This document shows, in pieces, positions 12,354 to 25,533 of a DNA stretch of 64,000 nt. This stretch comes from Eledone cirrhosa. Taxonomy: Eukaryota. The DNA lies in assembly GCA_964016885.1 (NCBI GenBank), contig OZ024761.1:4650001-4714000 (forward strand). The letters are read 5' to 3'. Position 1 is the first letter of the stretch; the number at the start of each line of letters is the position of its first letter. The notes beneath the pieces are model-generated. The model was not told the DNA's origin and did no database searches. It worked only from the letters and a program-made list of their open reading frames with translations. A program made the position numbers and the translations under genes.

Positions 12354-13763
12354 AATAAATAAATAACCAAGGTTTAATAAATTATATAATTTATTTACAT
12401 ATGTTTCATTCCAGTACAGAAGGGGGTATTTAATTCAACTGCATAGAAATGGTCAAAATCGCTAGTATAAAAATATATTTACCGACTGTATATTTTAGTG
12501 GCTCCAGACAGGAAAATTTGAAAAACATATTTCAATGAAACATATGTAAATCAATTAAATAATTGTTACTACTTTTGGCACAAGATAAGCAATTATCCCA
12601 GTGTATTACTGGTACTTTATTTTATTGACCCCGTAAGGATAAAAGGTAAAGTTAACCTCGGCGGGATTTGAACTCAGACCGTAAAGGGACGTAACTCTTC
12701 GCCGAAAAGCATGGCATCCGATTAAAATCAGTTAATTAATGTATTAGTTAAACCTTGGTTATTTATGTAGTCATTTACAAATGCTATGTGGTTTTTGTAA
12801 AACTATCATGACTAGAAATGTACAAATTAGATCTAACTCTGAACTGTCTTTTGTCAATCTTGCTGGGGATAATAAAATCACATTAGAACTTTGAATATCT
12901 GCCTTATACAGTTGTATTATCAAGGGGCGGTTGATTAGCAGTATCGGTAGAGGGTCGGACGTATTGCTTTGCAGCAAAGAGTTACGGCCCTTTATAGTCT
13001 GAGTTCAAATGCCGCCGAGATTAACTTTGCCTTTCATCCTTACGGGGTCGATAAAATAAAGTACCAGTAATGCACTGAGATAATTGGTGGCCTTGTACCA
13101 AAATTATCAACTCATTTAATCTACTTTATATGTATATTTTTTCTGTGCTTCCATAGCTTTGACGAAGCCTTGACCTTTGTCCCAGCTCCATGGGCGTTAA
13201 GGACTGATAATAACAGAAAACCTTCCCAACCCATTCCTCCACAGGGCTAACTCTCAGCTGCCACTGGTTCTCATTTTCGGCTGAGTCAACAGGAGCAATG
13301 TAAAATGAAGTGCCTTGCTAAAGGTCACAACGCATATCTTGTCTGGGAATCGAATCCAAGGCTTTATGACTGATATTCCAACTCCCTAAACAATAGGCCA
13401 CGTGCCTTCATTCCACAGATTACCGATTTGTAAAAAAAAGTTTAAAGTTGTCTCGATTCCTGAGGCTCATCAGGCAGGTGCATATCCTGGTTTCTGTGGC
13501 GTTAAACAACTGAGTGTACAAGACTTTCCCCTGGACAGGACGCTAGTTCCTTACAGGATTAACCCCTCACCCAGCTATTGCTAGTACTCATTAGCAGCTG
13601 GGTATACTGAAGCAACATGAAATGAAGTGTTTTGCTCAAGAACACAGCGCACAGGAATTTAAACCACGACTTTATGATCGTAAATCCAACAACCTTACCA
13701 CTAAAAATATCTACATAAAAAAATCAAATATTATCAGTTTAGAAAAATATAAGATAAACTTAC

Positions 13764-13982
13764 TCAAAACTGCCAGGCGCTTTTCTGATTCTGTCATGGA
13801 GTCGTAATCTGGTTTAGCGATAATGCAGTTTTCCGTATTCCATTCGTTTTTACAGCTGGACCAAGGCACATTCCCATCGAGAGAGACGAACGAAACCAAC
13901 ATATAATACACAGAATACATGATGATTACATTATAATAGATGGAAACCATCAGGGAAATAATGGCCATACTGAAACCGACCC
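13764..13982 (-). CDS. SLC6 transporter exon (TM3 and start of EL2): (G)VGFSMAIISLMVSIYYNVII...VPWSSCKNEWNTENC...
   Basis: gacag acceptor and gtaagt donor; YYN and PWxxCxNxWNTxxC family motifs. Confidence 0.96.
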
Positions 13983-14671
13983 CTGTCGGGAAAAAAAAAA
14001 TACAAAAAAAAAAAAATTAAAACATCAAATTCAACAATGCAATCAACAAGTTACACATATATACCTTTTCAACAGAAAAGAGTAAAAAGAAATCTCATAT
14101 ATAATGATTGGAGAACTGCGAGACTGTGTCCAGTTTATTATTTTACATTACGTTATTAAAATAAGTTGGATTACTTTGAATAAATCATGAATGAATATTT
14201 TGTAATTCATCTACTAAATTTATTAGCTCTTGATTAAACATAAATAATCTTATATATAATGTATTGGTCATTTCAAGATTCACTTGACGTGTGGAGAATA
14301 ACGTACTTATCGGGGTTCAATAGCTAACTCCCAGTCGAAGTACGCCCCTTGTGCCGCCACATACTTAGCCCAGCAATCCCTCCACTGTTTGAAGCACACC
14401 TGTTGCTTCCAGAATGGCTCTCAATTACGTAGTCGCAGTCACTGCATGATATCCTCTTGTCTATCAAAGAGAGAACTTCCTCAACAGCATCTTCATTTTT
14501 AAGAACAACCAGAAATCAGAATGAGCCATGAATAGAAATTAGGGGCCTTGGCAAGCTAGTGACCTTGAATGAGCTCCGATAAATGAGCGCTGGCATGATG
14601 CAACTACCAGTCAAATGAGTGAAACTAATAAAAGAATAACATCCTATAATTTAATGACTGTAAAGTTTTAC

Positions 14672-14803
14672 CTTTAAAGGCAGGTGAGATTTTCCAAATT
14701 GTCACAGAGCCGAGGGAGGAGAACTGACCAAAACACAACTCGAGGAAGAATAACGGTAGACCAGCAATGAACAACATGATTATGTAAGGAATAAGGAAGG
14801 CAC
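14672..14803 (-). CDS. SLC6 transporter exon (TM2): (G)AFLIPYIIMLFIAGLPLFFLELCFGQFSSLGSVTIWKISPAFK
   Basis: tttcag acceptor and gtaaaa donor; canonical GAFLIPY and GxPLFFLE..GQF motifs; 132 bp, phase 1-1. Confidence 0.96.
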
Positions 14804-14829
14804 CTGAAATGGAAATATATATAATATAT

Positions 14830-15190
14830 ACAGTTGTCCCTCGGTATTCACGGAGGTTACGTCCCTAGAAGACCCGCGAAGTAAAAAAAACCACGAATAT
14901 TGGACGTGGTCCATAAAAATGCCTATAAACGTCAAATATAACGTAAAATATAATAAAAAAAAGAGGAAGCGTCTTATGCGAAGAGGCGTCCAATAGGCAG
15001 GCAAATACGGTATATTGCTTTTAATAATTTAGTGTTAAAAAATGTATATTGCCACGAAAAAGCCACTAACAAATCGCGGAAGATATTTACGATTCCGCGA
15101 ATATGCAGTGGTTTCTACGAACAATTATTAGCTAGGTTCTAAGGAAAATATTGCGAATAACCAGGACCGCGAATATCGGGGGTACACAGT
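14830..15190. mobile_element. Tigger/pogo-like (Tc1-mariner) MITE
   Basis: Starts TA-CAGTTGTCCCTCGGTATTCACGG; degenerate inverted end ccgcgaatatcgggggtacacag-TA. Confidence 0.7.
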
Positions 15191-15603
15191 ATTCACTACT
15201 ACACGGGCCGTTGGTCTACGAACGGAATACGTCATATTCTGTTTCATTGCGTTTAAACATGTAAATTGGTTATGTCTAGGAAGCCATTACAATATTCAAG
15301 CACCAAAGTCAGGCGAAGAAACGGAAAGGTGAGGTTGAGTGAAGAAGAGGGAGAAAAAAGGAAAAAAATTTACAGAGATAATGTTACCTTGGAAATATTT
15401 ATTGCTCCCTATATTTCGGATGTAACATTATTTCTAGTTCTTTTCTTTATTCCTTTTTTCTTTCTCTTCTTCACTCGACCTCACCTTTCCGTTCTTCACC
15501 TAAGTTTGTAGCCTGGATACTTACAACCCCGTCTGTATTGTAGTGGCTTACTAAACACAACAAATTTTCATATACCACAATGCTTCAAGCAAACTATAAC
15601 ACG

Positions 15604-15634
<31 letters not shown>

Positions 15635-15658
15635 TAATTATTAAAATATTATTATTAT

Positions 15659-15710
<52 letters not shown>

Positions 15711-15712
<2 letters not shown>

Positions 15713-15896
15713 CGAAGGAAATGTGGTAAGGAACCAGGTGGACCATAACGCACCAAAGTACTCAATACTTAGGGTAGTAGAGTGGGTAATAGGAACGAGT
15801 AGGACCCCGACGGCTGAGCTCAAGCCGTTTCGACGGCTAATGTCCAGAATTAGCCGTCGAAACGGCTTGAGCTCAGCCGTCGGGGTCCTACTCGTT

Positions 15897-15900
<4 letters not shown>
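15711..15900. mobile_element. (TA)n-flanked fold-back element (family also at 17392-17563, 24828-25165, 25759-25956, 56893-57053)
   Basis: ~130-bp shared unit plus an inverted partial copy; contains a hammerhead 3' half GAAAC-ggct..agcc-GTC. Confidence 0.85.
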
Positions 15901-15942
<42 letters not shown>

Positions 15943-16497
15943 TGGCTGTCCCCTCGTTATCGAGTATGGCCATTGCACGATATACCATTATTAATAATTA
16001 TTAGGTAAATGGCAGTATCGGTAGAGGGTTGGACGCCATGTTTTCTAGCATAGTTACGTCCCTTTACAGTCAAATCCCACCGAGGTTAACTTTGCCTTTC
16101 ATCCTTACGGGGTCGATAAAATAAAGTACCAGTAATGTACTGGGTAATTGCTAGCCTTGTGCCTAAAGTAGAAACAATTAATTAATTCTATCGTATAATG
16201 CCTGTGCGTGAAGATATTTTTTAAAGTGAGGAAAGACTGCACTGAGCCAATCCCACTCTCTGAGCGACAATAGCTATAACCCGAAAAGAAGAAAAGATCA
16301 ACATCATCGGTAACTACTGAGCCGCAGACTTTTATGAGTTCTCCCGCCCTTTGTCAGGTTTTGTATTTTGTCTTGCAGGGTGTCCGAAATCACCCTCCTC
16401 ACCAACTTGGTGGGGTTGCCGGTTTAGTCGCCGACGACCCGACTATGCGATAGATTGTACTGGGTTACATGTTACCAGTAGCACTCAAGAGTGACCC

Positions 16498-16530
<33 letters not shown>

Positions 16531-17162
16531 CTATATATATACGTGTGCGTGTGTGTATTATATGTGTGTGTGTGTGTCACTGTGTGTGCGTGTACTTAAT
16601 TCCAAATTTTTTCCTTTAATTATGGTCGAGTGGCCATATTGGTAAAGTCATGCTGCTATACTAAGCCTTACCACCAACCCCAGTCAGTCAATGTTGATGT
16701 CATTTGCTGACCGACCAGGGTTAGTGCCACGCGTGGGATTCCGGCACAAACTCGAAATTATAGTAGTAAGGTTGATTTTCGGAAATCCCCAAAGGACGCT
16801 GGGCGATGAAAATTCCCTTGGCCGGAATTTGCTGGTTAGGAATTTATTATTAATTGCTGACCAACGGAAGTTGAAACAATACTGTACCAGCTTAGACATG
16901 GATATTCGTAGTCCGGCGGCTTTTTATGTGCTAAACTAGGACGCTACTGGCTGTTTCAATTGATGAAATTGCGAGTGTTTTAATGTTTTCATACATTAAT
17001 CTGTTGATACAATAATTTCACTGTTTTAGAAGCTTAGGCTTCTGGCTGAGAATGTTGTCTTACAATTAATCCTATGCGTCTGTTCCAAATTAATTTTTTC
17101 AGCAAATTGTAAAGAACGAGATCGAAATCACTGGATACAGATCTAAACCTTTATTATAAACA

Positions 17163-17262
<100 letters not shown>

Positions 17263-17307
17263 ATAGAATACTATTAGCTTCTCGCTAAAACAATTTCTAT
17301 ACCTTTC

Positions 17308-17393
<86 letters not shown>

Positions 17394-17620
17394 CGAAGGA
17401 AGTGTGGTAAGGAACCAGGTGGACCATAGCGAAACCAGAGTACTCGATATTTTGGGTAGTAGAGTGGGTAATAGGAAAAGGTTCAGGACCCCGACTGCAG
17501 AATTCAAGCCGTTTCCACGGCCGGAACGACTTGAGCTCTGCCGTCGGGGTCCTGAACATTTTCACATATATATATAGGTATATGAAGTACGTAAAGAGGT
17601 GAAGAAATGTATGTACATAC

Positions 17621-17744
17621 CTCCTCCATTTTCGTACGCAAGGTAAGGAAATCTCCATATGTTTCCCAATCCTACAGCGTAACCAACAAGGGAGAGAATA
17701 AACTCGATCTTGTTACCCCATTGTTCACGGGCAACTGTGGTAAC
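17621..17744 (-). CDS. SLC6 transporter exon (TM1): [41 protein letters not shown]
   Basis: Signature GLGNxWRFPY; ttcaag acceptor and gtatgt donor. Gly rather than Asp in TM1 argues against a monoamine transporter. Confidence 0.97.
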
Positions 17745-17957
17745 CTTGAAGAATATAACACAACATATTTTATATAAATGGCTCAGTAACAACAACAACA
17801 ACAGAAACAACAACAGTAACAACAACAGTAACAACAACAACAGTAACAACAACAACAGTAACAACACCATACAAAGTTGTGACAACATGGTAAAAAAGAT
17901 ACGCAAACTACAATACAAACAGTAAGATGTAATGTTTGTCCTGATAATATTGTATAA

Positions 17958-18119
17958 GGTATAGTGATGTGGTGGCCTTCAGCCTGGGTTTATAGGAGAG
18001 CAACTTTATAGGGTATAGTGATGTGGTGGCCTTCAGCCTGGGTTTATAGGAGAGCAACTTTATAGGGGGTGCAGTGGTGGCCTTCAGCCTGGGTTTATAA
18101 GAGACTAACTTTATAGGGG
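17958..18119. repeat. ~53-bp tandem repeat, 3 copies
   Basis: gtggtggccttcagcctgggtttata repeated three times. Confidence 0.85.
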
Positions 18120-18407
18120 CGTTGTTACTGTGTGTGTGTGTGTAAGTGATGGAGTGTGTGTGTGTGATGGTGCAAGTAAAAGTTATTACTAAGGGTGCAA
18201 AATAATTTGTTTCCGGCCTGAATCGTGAGATATGAAATTAGTATTTTCTGGAAGACATTAGCGGTGTAAGAGAATATGTTTCTTCTGAAAAAAACCCCCA
18301 GAAAGTTAACTGAACAGGAACTAGAAATGTTTATGACATTTTTTCTAAGCGTGCAGAATCGTAAAATAAAAACCCTGCTCAAAATCGTCCCCTTGTTTAC
18401 TACTTAC

Positions 18408-18932
18408 ATTAAAGTGGAAAAAAGCAAAGACTTTTCCAAATAAACCTGGTGGTGGGGGTTCTTCCACAGAAAATATTCTGCTGAATTCCGAGGCCAGTCT
18501 GGAACTACATTCATCTGCATCAATATCTACCAGTTGCAAAGTAAATCCGTCGAATGTAGTATCGTGTTTCTGAAACTGTTCAAATTCGTTCTTGTCGACA
18601 AGGAAACACAAGGTACCGTCAGGTCCTTCAACCCCCTTTTTTTTGATAGAACAACACACAAAGCTAGGTAAAGGGGCTGCCTCACGTGGGGTATCTTTTC
18701 CTGAATCACGTGGGGTCTCTTTTCCTGATTCACGTGGGGTGTCTTTTGCTGAATCACGTGGGACCTCTTTTCCTGATTCGCGTGGGATCTCTTTTGCTGA
18801 ATCACGTGGGATCTCTTTTCCTGATTCGCGTGGGACCTCTTTTACTGATTCACGTGGGATCTCTTTTTCTGATTCCTCTTTTCCTGATTCACGTGTTCCC
18901 TGTTCAGTATTTTCTTTACGGGGGTCAGACAT
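18408..18932 (-). CDS. Candidate long N-terminal exon of the SLC6 gene (175 aa, with 8-aa PRESGKE(I/V/T) repeats)
   Basis: ATG-initiated open frame ending at AAT|GTAAGT; phase 0 joins in frame to the TM1 exon. Confidence 0.7.
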
Positions 18933-19195
18933 ATTTATAAATATATATATTTATATATTTATATATATATATATAAATATATATACATATAAATAAATAT
19001 ATATATATATTAAAATACAAATATTAATAAAATAGATGTTCTTTTGATCAATTACATTTTATTATATATATATTTATATGTATATTATTATTTCTTTTAG
19101 AGCATGCTAGTCATTGAAAAATTACGAAAATATCTTCTAACGAAAGATATGTGAATCATCAACCACATTCAAAAGTGGTCAACTCGTTAGTATAT

Positions 19196-19230
<35 letters not shown>

Positions 19231-19318
19231 TGTATGTATGTATGTATGTATGTATGTATGTATGTATGTATGTATGTATGTATGCATGTATGTATGTGTG
19301 TGTGTGTATGTATGAATA

Positions 19319-19349
<31 letters not shown>

Positions 19350-20979
19350 ATATGTATATATGTATGTATATATGTATGTATGTATTTATGTATGTTTGTA
19401 TGTTTGTATGTATATATATATATGTTTGTATGTATATATATGTTTGTATGTATATATATGTTTGTATGTATATATATGTTTGTATGTATATATATGTTTG
19501 TATAAAGAAATGTTTGAGGCAAATTATTTAAAAAAAGGTTTTTCTTTTCTGCATTTTCTTTCTTTATTTTCGATAAACTGTATTATGACGTCAAAATAGA
19601 GCGGGAAAGAGTAGGAGTCTATTCAATGTTGAGACAGTAGAATGGATGACAATGGACCTCCGTTGGAGTCTACGATGACAATTCCAGATGTATCAGCAAC
19701 GGAACACCCTGCCCGTGACATTAAAGTGAAGGTGGTTGAGTATTCCATTGTCATGGCTACTCTTAATGTGATTCTCGGGGAGATTCAACGTGACACTGTG
19801 TGACAAAGCTTACCCTTTTGATTAGGGGTACAATCCACCCAGAGAGAATCTATCTGCCAAAATTCACCCACAGAACAGAGGTCCACCCGAGATTATTGAA
19901 AAACGTTACTTGGACACGCTGCCACGAAATGGGATTGAACCTGCGTCCTTACGATTACAAAGCAAACTTTATTCAGCTATGTAGAGTCATCAGAAGGATA
20001 CTGAATAATTTAGGTGTGCTGTATGGCCCAATGGTTAGGATATTGGATTTACAATCATAATGTCGTCGGCTCGATTCCTTTGACAGGTTGCTGCGTTGTG
20101 TTCTTGAGAAAAACACGTGGTTCACGTGGTCCCAGTTCACTCTGTTGAGGGCGAGTAGAAGCAGAGAGCCAGGGATAAATATTATCCTGATGAGCCGCCA
20201 TTTTAAAACTGATTTTACCTTAACATATATACCAGGATTACTGGTTATATGGACAGAGAAATTGGCCTTTTGCATAAAAGAAACCCTATAGTTTATGTTA
20301 ATTACTGCTATGTGGAAGTGATTAAAGATAATAATTTATTTCTAGCATATAATTACATAAATAATTAGCATATATGTACAAATGATACACAGGGTTAAAT
20401 GTAGGAGTAAGTTTGGAGAAATACTTATTTAGATGGGGAAATGTGGAGTTGAAACTGAGGAAGTTTCGAGTGGGAAGTGTTGTTGTTATGGTGGCAATAT
20501 GGCTGAGATAGGAGATGGATGTGTGAGTGTTGAAGAATTACATTTGGATACATACACACGCACACGCACACACACACACACACACGCACACATAAACATA
20601 CACGCACACATAAACACACACACACACACACACATACACACACACACGCACACACGCACACGCACACGCACACATAAACACACACATACACACACACACA
20701 CGCACACGCACACATAAACACACACATACACACACACACACACGCACACGCACACGCACACATAAACATACACGCACACATAAACAGACACACGCACACA
20801 CATACACACACACACGCACACACACACACACACGCACACGCACACATAAACACACACATACACACACACACACGCACACGCACACATAAACACACACACA
20901 CGCACACGCACACATAAACGCACACGCACACATAAACACACACACACACACACGAACACGCACACATAAACACACACAT

Positions 20980-21011
<32 letters not shown>

Positions 21012-21190
21012 ACGCACACATAAACACACACGCACACATAAACACACACATACACACACACACATACACACACACACGCACACACACACACGCACACACA
21101 TAAACACACACACACACATAAACACACACATACACACACACATACACACACACACGCACACACACACACACACACACACAGGTATATATA

Positions 21191-21802
21191 CAAGGGAGCT
21201 TCAAAAAGTTCGTGGAAAAAGGACAATTGGAAAAAACAGTTTAAGTTATGTTGTTTATTTTTCAACATAAGCTCCATCTAGGTCAATATACTTCTGCAAG
21301 TGTTGATACCAGACTTTAAGTCCATCTGTGTAAAACTGAGGTCCATCTGTGTAAAACTGAGGTCCATCTGTGTAAAACTGAGGTCCATCTGTGTAAAACT
21401 GAGGGCCATCTGATTTAAACCATGTCACAGCAACATTTTTTACATCTTCAACTGGGGATCATCTTCAACCTCATCTCTTCCACTTCTAAAACAACTTATC
21501 TATTTATAGGTTGTTGATTTCTTTAGGGTATTGTCCCCATAAACTTGCTCCAGAGTGTCAATGGTTTGGCTGTTCTTCCACCCTAGCTTCACCATGAATT
21601 TGATGTTTTGATGGAGGCTACGTTGCTCGATCATGTGCTGACTTCTGACTGGCAGGGCCACGTTACAACATACATTTAAGGGTTCATGTTAGAACATGTT
21701 ATGACACATTGGTATGGGCATGTACAGGTGTATTGAGGTCAGAATCCCCGCATATGATTTTTAGCTATGTATTTTTTTCACAAATTGTTTGAAGCTCCCT
21801 CG
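21191..21802. mobile_element. Non-autonomous mariner-type element with internal 21-bp tandem repeat
   Basis: TIRs CAAGGGAGCTTCAAA / TTTGAAGCTCCCTCG, flanked by TA on both sides. Confidence 0.85.
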
Positions 21803-22031
21803 TATATATATATATGTGTGTGTGTGTGTGTATATATGTGTGTGTGTGTTTATGTGTGTGTGTGCGCGCGCGTGTGCGTGCGTGCGTGCGTGTGTGCGTG
21901 CGTGTATCCCGGGTTCAATCGGGGGGTAACCACAGTAAGTAAGGTACTCAATACACAGTAGATTATATAAGGTTTAATATAGAAATGGCTTCAACAGGAC
22001 TAGAACTGTTTCATTCGAAGGAAATTATCAG

Positions 22032-22083
22032 GGCTTTCCTGATGATTTCCTTCGAATGAAACAGTTCTAGCCCGGTAGAAGCC
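22032..22083 (+). ncRNA. Hammerhead-like motif in a palindromic element (21965-22105)
   Basis: ggctttc-CTGATGA-...-GAAAC-...-GTA-gaagcc; stem II is weak. Confidence 0.55.
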
Positions 22084-22306
22084 ATTTCTAAATTAAACAT
22101 TATATATATATATATATATATATGGGGGGGGGGGGGCAAAACAAAGGAAAGGCACGAAAACTGCGTCACCAAGGAGGTCACAGAATGTGTGACGAAAGAG
22201 CTTTGACAATATATAAACAACCTTCCGGTTATATTAAATTGAAGAGTGAAAACCAACAGGAGCGTATTTTTATTGGCAGCATGACCCTCCCATAGTATAA
22301 CACACA

Positions 22307-22357
<51 letters not shown>

Positions 22358-22389
22358 TCACACACATATATATATATATATATTAGGAT

Positions 22390-22624
22390 TGGTGCTCTGA
22401 AATAGCGATATATACATGAATGTATGTTAGAAGACCACACGCTATCAGTTTTAAAGTAGTGACTATGTCACTTATTTCTTTTCGGTGAAAGAAGGGAGAG
22501 AAGCTGACAGTCTGTTTCACGCTGGTTGACGTTCATCAGAGTCATGTACTCCTCAGCTTCCGCCGCCGAAAAGAAGTAAGTGACATAGTCACTACTTTAA
22601 AACTGATAGCGTGTGGTCTTCTAA
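22390..22624 (-). mobile_element. Fold-back element with a hammerhead core in its loop (22502-22544)
   Basis: ~60-bp inverted arms; minus strand CTGATGA-acg..cgt-GAAAC-agact-GTC; shares gctctgaaatagcgatatata with the 62628 element. Confidence 0.65.
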
Positions 22625-22673
22625 ATGTTTTTAATTAAATATACGGTATATTGCCAAATATACTATACATACA

Positions 22674-22716
<43 letters not shown>

Positions 22717-22889
22717 AAGAAAAGAAAAGAAAAGAAAAGAAAAGAAAAGAAAAGAAAAGAAAAGAAAAGAAAAGAAAAGAAAAGAAAAGAAAAGAAAAGA
22801 AAAGAAAAGAAGAAAGAATTGAGGCTAGTTTGCAAAATTGCAAACGAATCGAAAAACTTACATTTCGAAAAAAGATTACATTTATATAA

Positions 22890-24155
22890 TCGGCATTATG
22901 GGGAGGGTTGAGCCACGTTACGTCGTGTGAGCGGCGGCGTCGCCTATGGGCGCGACCGACTCGGCCGAGGTGACCGACCTTATAGGATTATTCTTACTAT
23001 ATAAACTCACCGAAATGTTTCCTGCATTCGGCGGCGGATTGTACCGTGATGATGGGCTCCTTACCCTCAAAGGATACAACCCCAGTAGTACAGACCGGGT
23101 CCGTAAACAATAATAAACTTCTTCCTGGACTGGGGATTTAAAATCACCCTACAAATGTCCCTAACCCGAGTCAATTTCCTGGACGTTACCCTCAACCTCG
23201 AAAATGATTTGTACTACGCATACAGGAAACCAAATGACAACCTGCACTTCATCCACTGCCGCTCTAACCATCCTAGAAACATCACCATAACCTGGTTAAA
23301 AACATCTCCCTCCGCATATCTCGTTTGTCCGCTAATGAGCAGATATTCGGCGAACATGCGCCGCATTACTACCTGGCCCTCAAGCGAAGCGACTTTCGGG
23401 AGATAATCTCCTTTTATCCAGCTTCCCTAGCGGACCCAGCAGGCGACGCCGCCGCTCACGTCACGTAACGTGGTTCACCCTCCCCATAATGCCGAGGTAG
23501 CAACACCCATCGGGAAAATCTTCTTTAGACTCCTCGAAAAACACTTCCCACCACAACACCGCTACCACAACATAATCAACAAAAACACTACCAAACTCTC
23601 CTTCAGCACCACACCCAACTTCGCACAAACATCGCCTCCTCTAACAACAAGAAACTCAACCCCCTATGGAAGATACAACCTAGACATTAGTGGAGAGCTA
23701 ACCAGGAGGTGTAACTGCCCTGATAGATTTACGTGCCCCCTCAACAACAGATGCCGAGAAGGTAACGTGATCTACCAATGCAACGTGAGGACGGAAACCT
23801 CCAACAAAGCCTATATAGGATTAACGGCTTGTGAATTTAAGACCCGGCTCTACCAACACGTTCCGAAACCCGGCCCGGCGACACGCCACTACACTTTCGG
23901 GCCACATCTGGGACCTCCAAGATAATAACATAACATACAATCTTACTTGGAGCTTATTGTCCAGGGCTAACTCCTGCACGGGCGGACGCCGTCCGTGTAA
24001 CTTATGCTCGGAGGAAACATTACAAATACTGTTTACGAAGGACCAACTCCTAAACAAAAAAGACGAACTTGTAACTGCATGTAAACACCGATTGCGTAGG
24101 ACTTACCTCGCCCTCAACCCCCCCCCCCCCATGACCCGAGTGGGTAGGCAATGAC
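22890..24155 (+). mobile_element. Degenerate 5'-truncated Penelope-like retroelement (RT plus GIY-YIG, Naiad-like)
   Basis: GLYRDDGL, VNFLDVTLNL, SNHP, CNC..CPL...C, VIYQC..YIGLT..FKTR; frameshifts; 22890-22945 is an inverted copy of 23441-23495. Confidence 0.92.
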
Positions 24156-24963
24156 TGCAACATCCTTCTTTTCCCCACTTGCTGAACAAGATAGGGGAAA
24201 CCCCAGCCAACATAGGTAGATGTACTTCTTTTCTCCCCCCCCCTATTCCTTCCTATCACTTCCTTCCTATCACTTCCTTCCAATCCCTCTTCTCTTCCTT
24301 TTCTTTTTTCCTCTTTCGCCTACCCGAGGCAGCCCATCTTGCTTTTATAGCCTCAGTACCCCCAATCCAGTAAATTATATATAGCACTGGCCGAAAACGC
24401 ATATAGCACAGCTGCTTTAGACTCTAGAGATTTTTACTTTTTACTATTTAATTTAATTATTTTTATATACTTTTTATTTATTTATTACCTTTTAATCTCA
24501 TTTTATTAACCTATTCTATAACGTCCCACCCTCTCTATTTCCTCCAGAATCCTTTGTCGCCTGCTTCTCTACTAGCCTAATTTCACACACACTCCTTAGA
24601 ATCTGCTGTATAGAAGTCACTTTCCAAGCTTAACCGGCCCCAACCACTCCCTCACTGTTATACAGGAAAGTTCAGCCACCCCCACTTCCCACCCACTGCC
24701 ATGAAAGACTTAATTATGTTTACAAGAAATTTTAACCAATCCTTTTGACAACTACAATCTTCCCATATAAGGAATTACCCGTTGAAAAGTTCGGCTATTT
24801 ATTTACCACTCTAAAAATTCTAATTTAGACCAGAAATAGCCGTCGAAACGGCTTGAGCTCTGCCGTCGGGGTTAAAGTTTTTCCTATTACCCACTCTACT
24901 AGCCTAAGTATTGAGTACTCTGGTGCGTTATGGTCCATCTGGTTCCTTACCACACCTCCTTCG

Positions 24964-25027
<64 letters not shown>

Positions 25028-25291
25028 CGGAGGAAATGTGGTAAGGAACCAGGTGGACCATAACGCACCAAAGTACTCAATACTTAGGGTAGTAGAGTGG
25101 GTAATAGGAACGAGAAGGACCCCGACGGCTGAGCTCAAGCCGTTTCGACGGCTAATTCTGGACTAAAATCTATCATATGACTCCAGTTCCCCAGTGAATT
25201 AACAACCCAGCAAGGAACTGGGCATATCAGAGTATTGACAATATCATACACCTAAACAACATATGTACTTGTCTATACCATACTAATTCAA

Positions 25292-25346
25292 ACTGCCTGA
25301 AGAGGTCACAGCCAAAGATGGCTGTCACTGAAATATATATAGCAGT
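25292..25346 (+). ncRNA. Type-I hammerhead ribozyme motif
   Basis: actgc-CTGAAGA-(acagcc/ggctgt stem II)-GAAA-tatata-TA-gcagt. Confidence 0.75.
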
Positions 25347-25392
25347 AATAAACGAAGCTAAATTTTAATCATTTGACTTTTATTTAACTTTA

Positions 25393-25533
<141 letters not shown>

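Noticed and set aside
17621-17744. Assigning a specific symbol (SLC6A5/7/9, DAT, SERT)
   Set aside because: Only TM1-TM4 are in the window. The motifs exclude monoamine transporters but cannot resolve the orthologue without a phylogeny.
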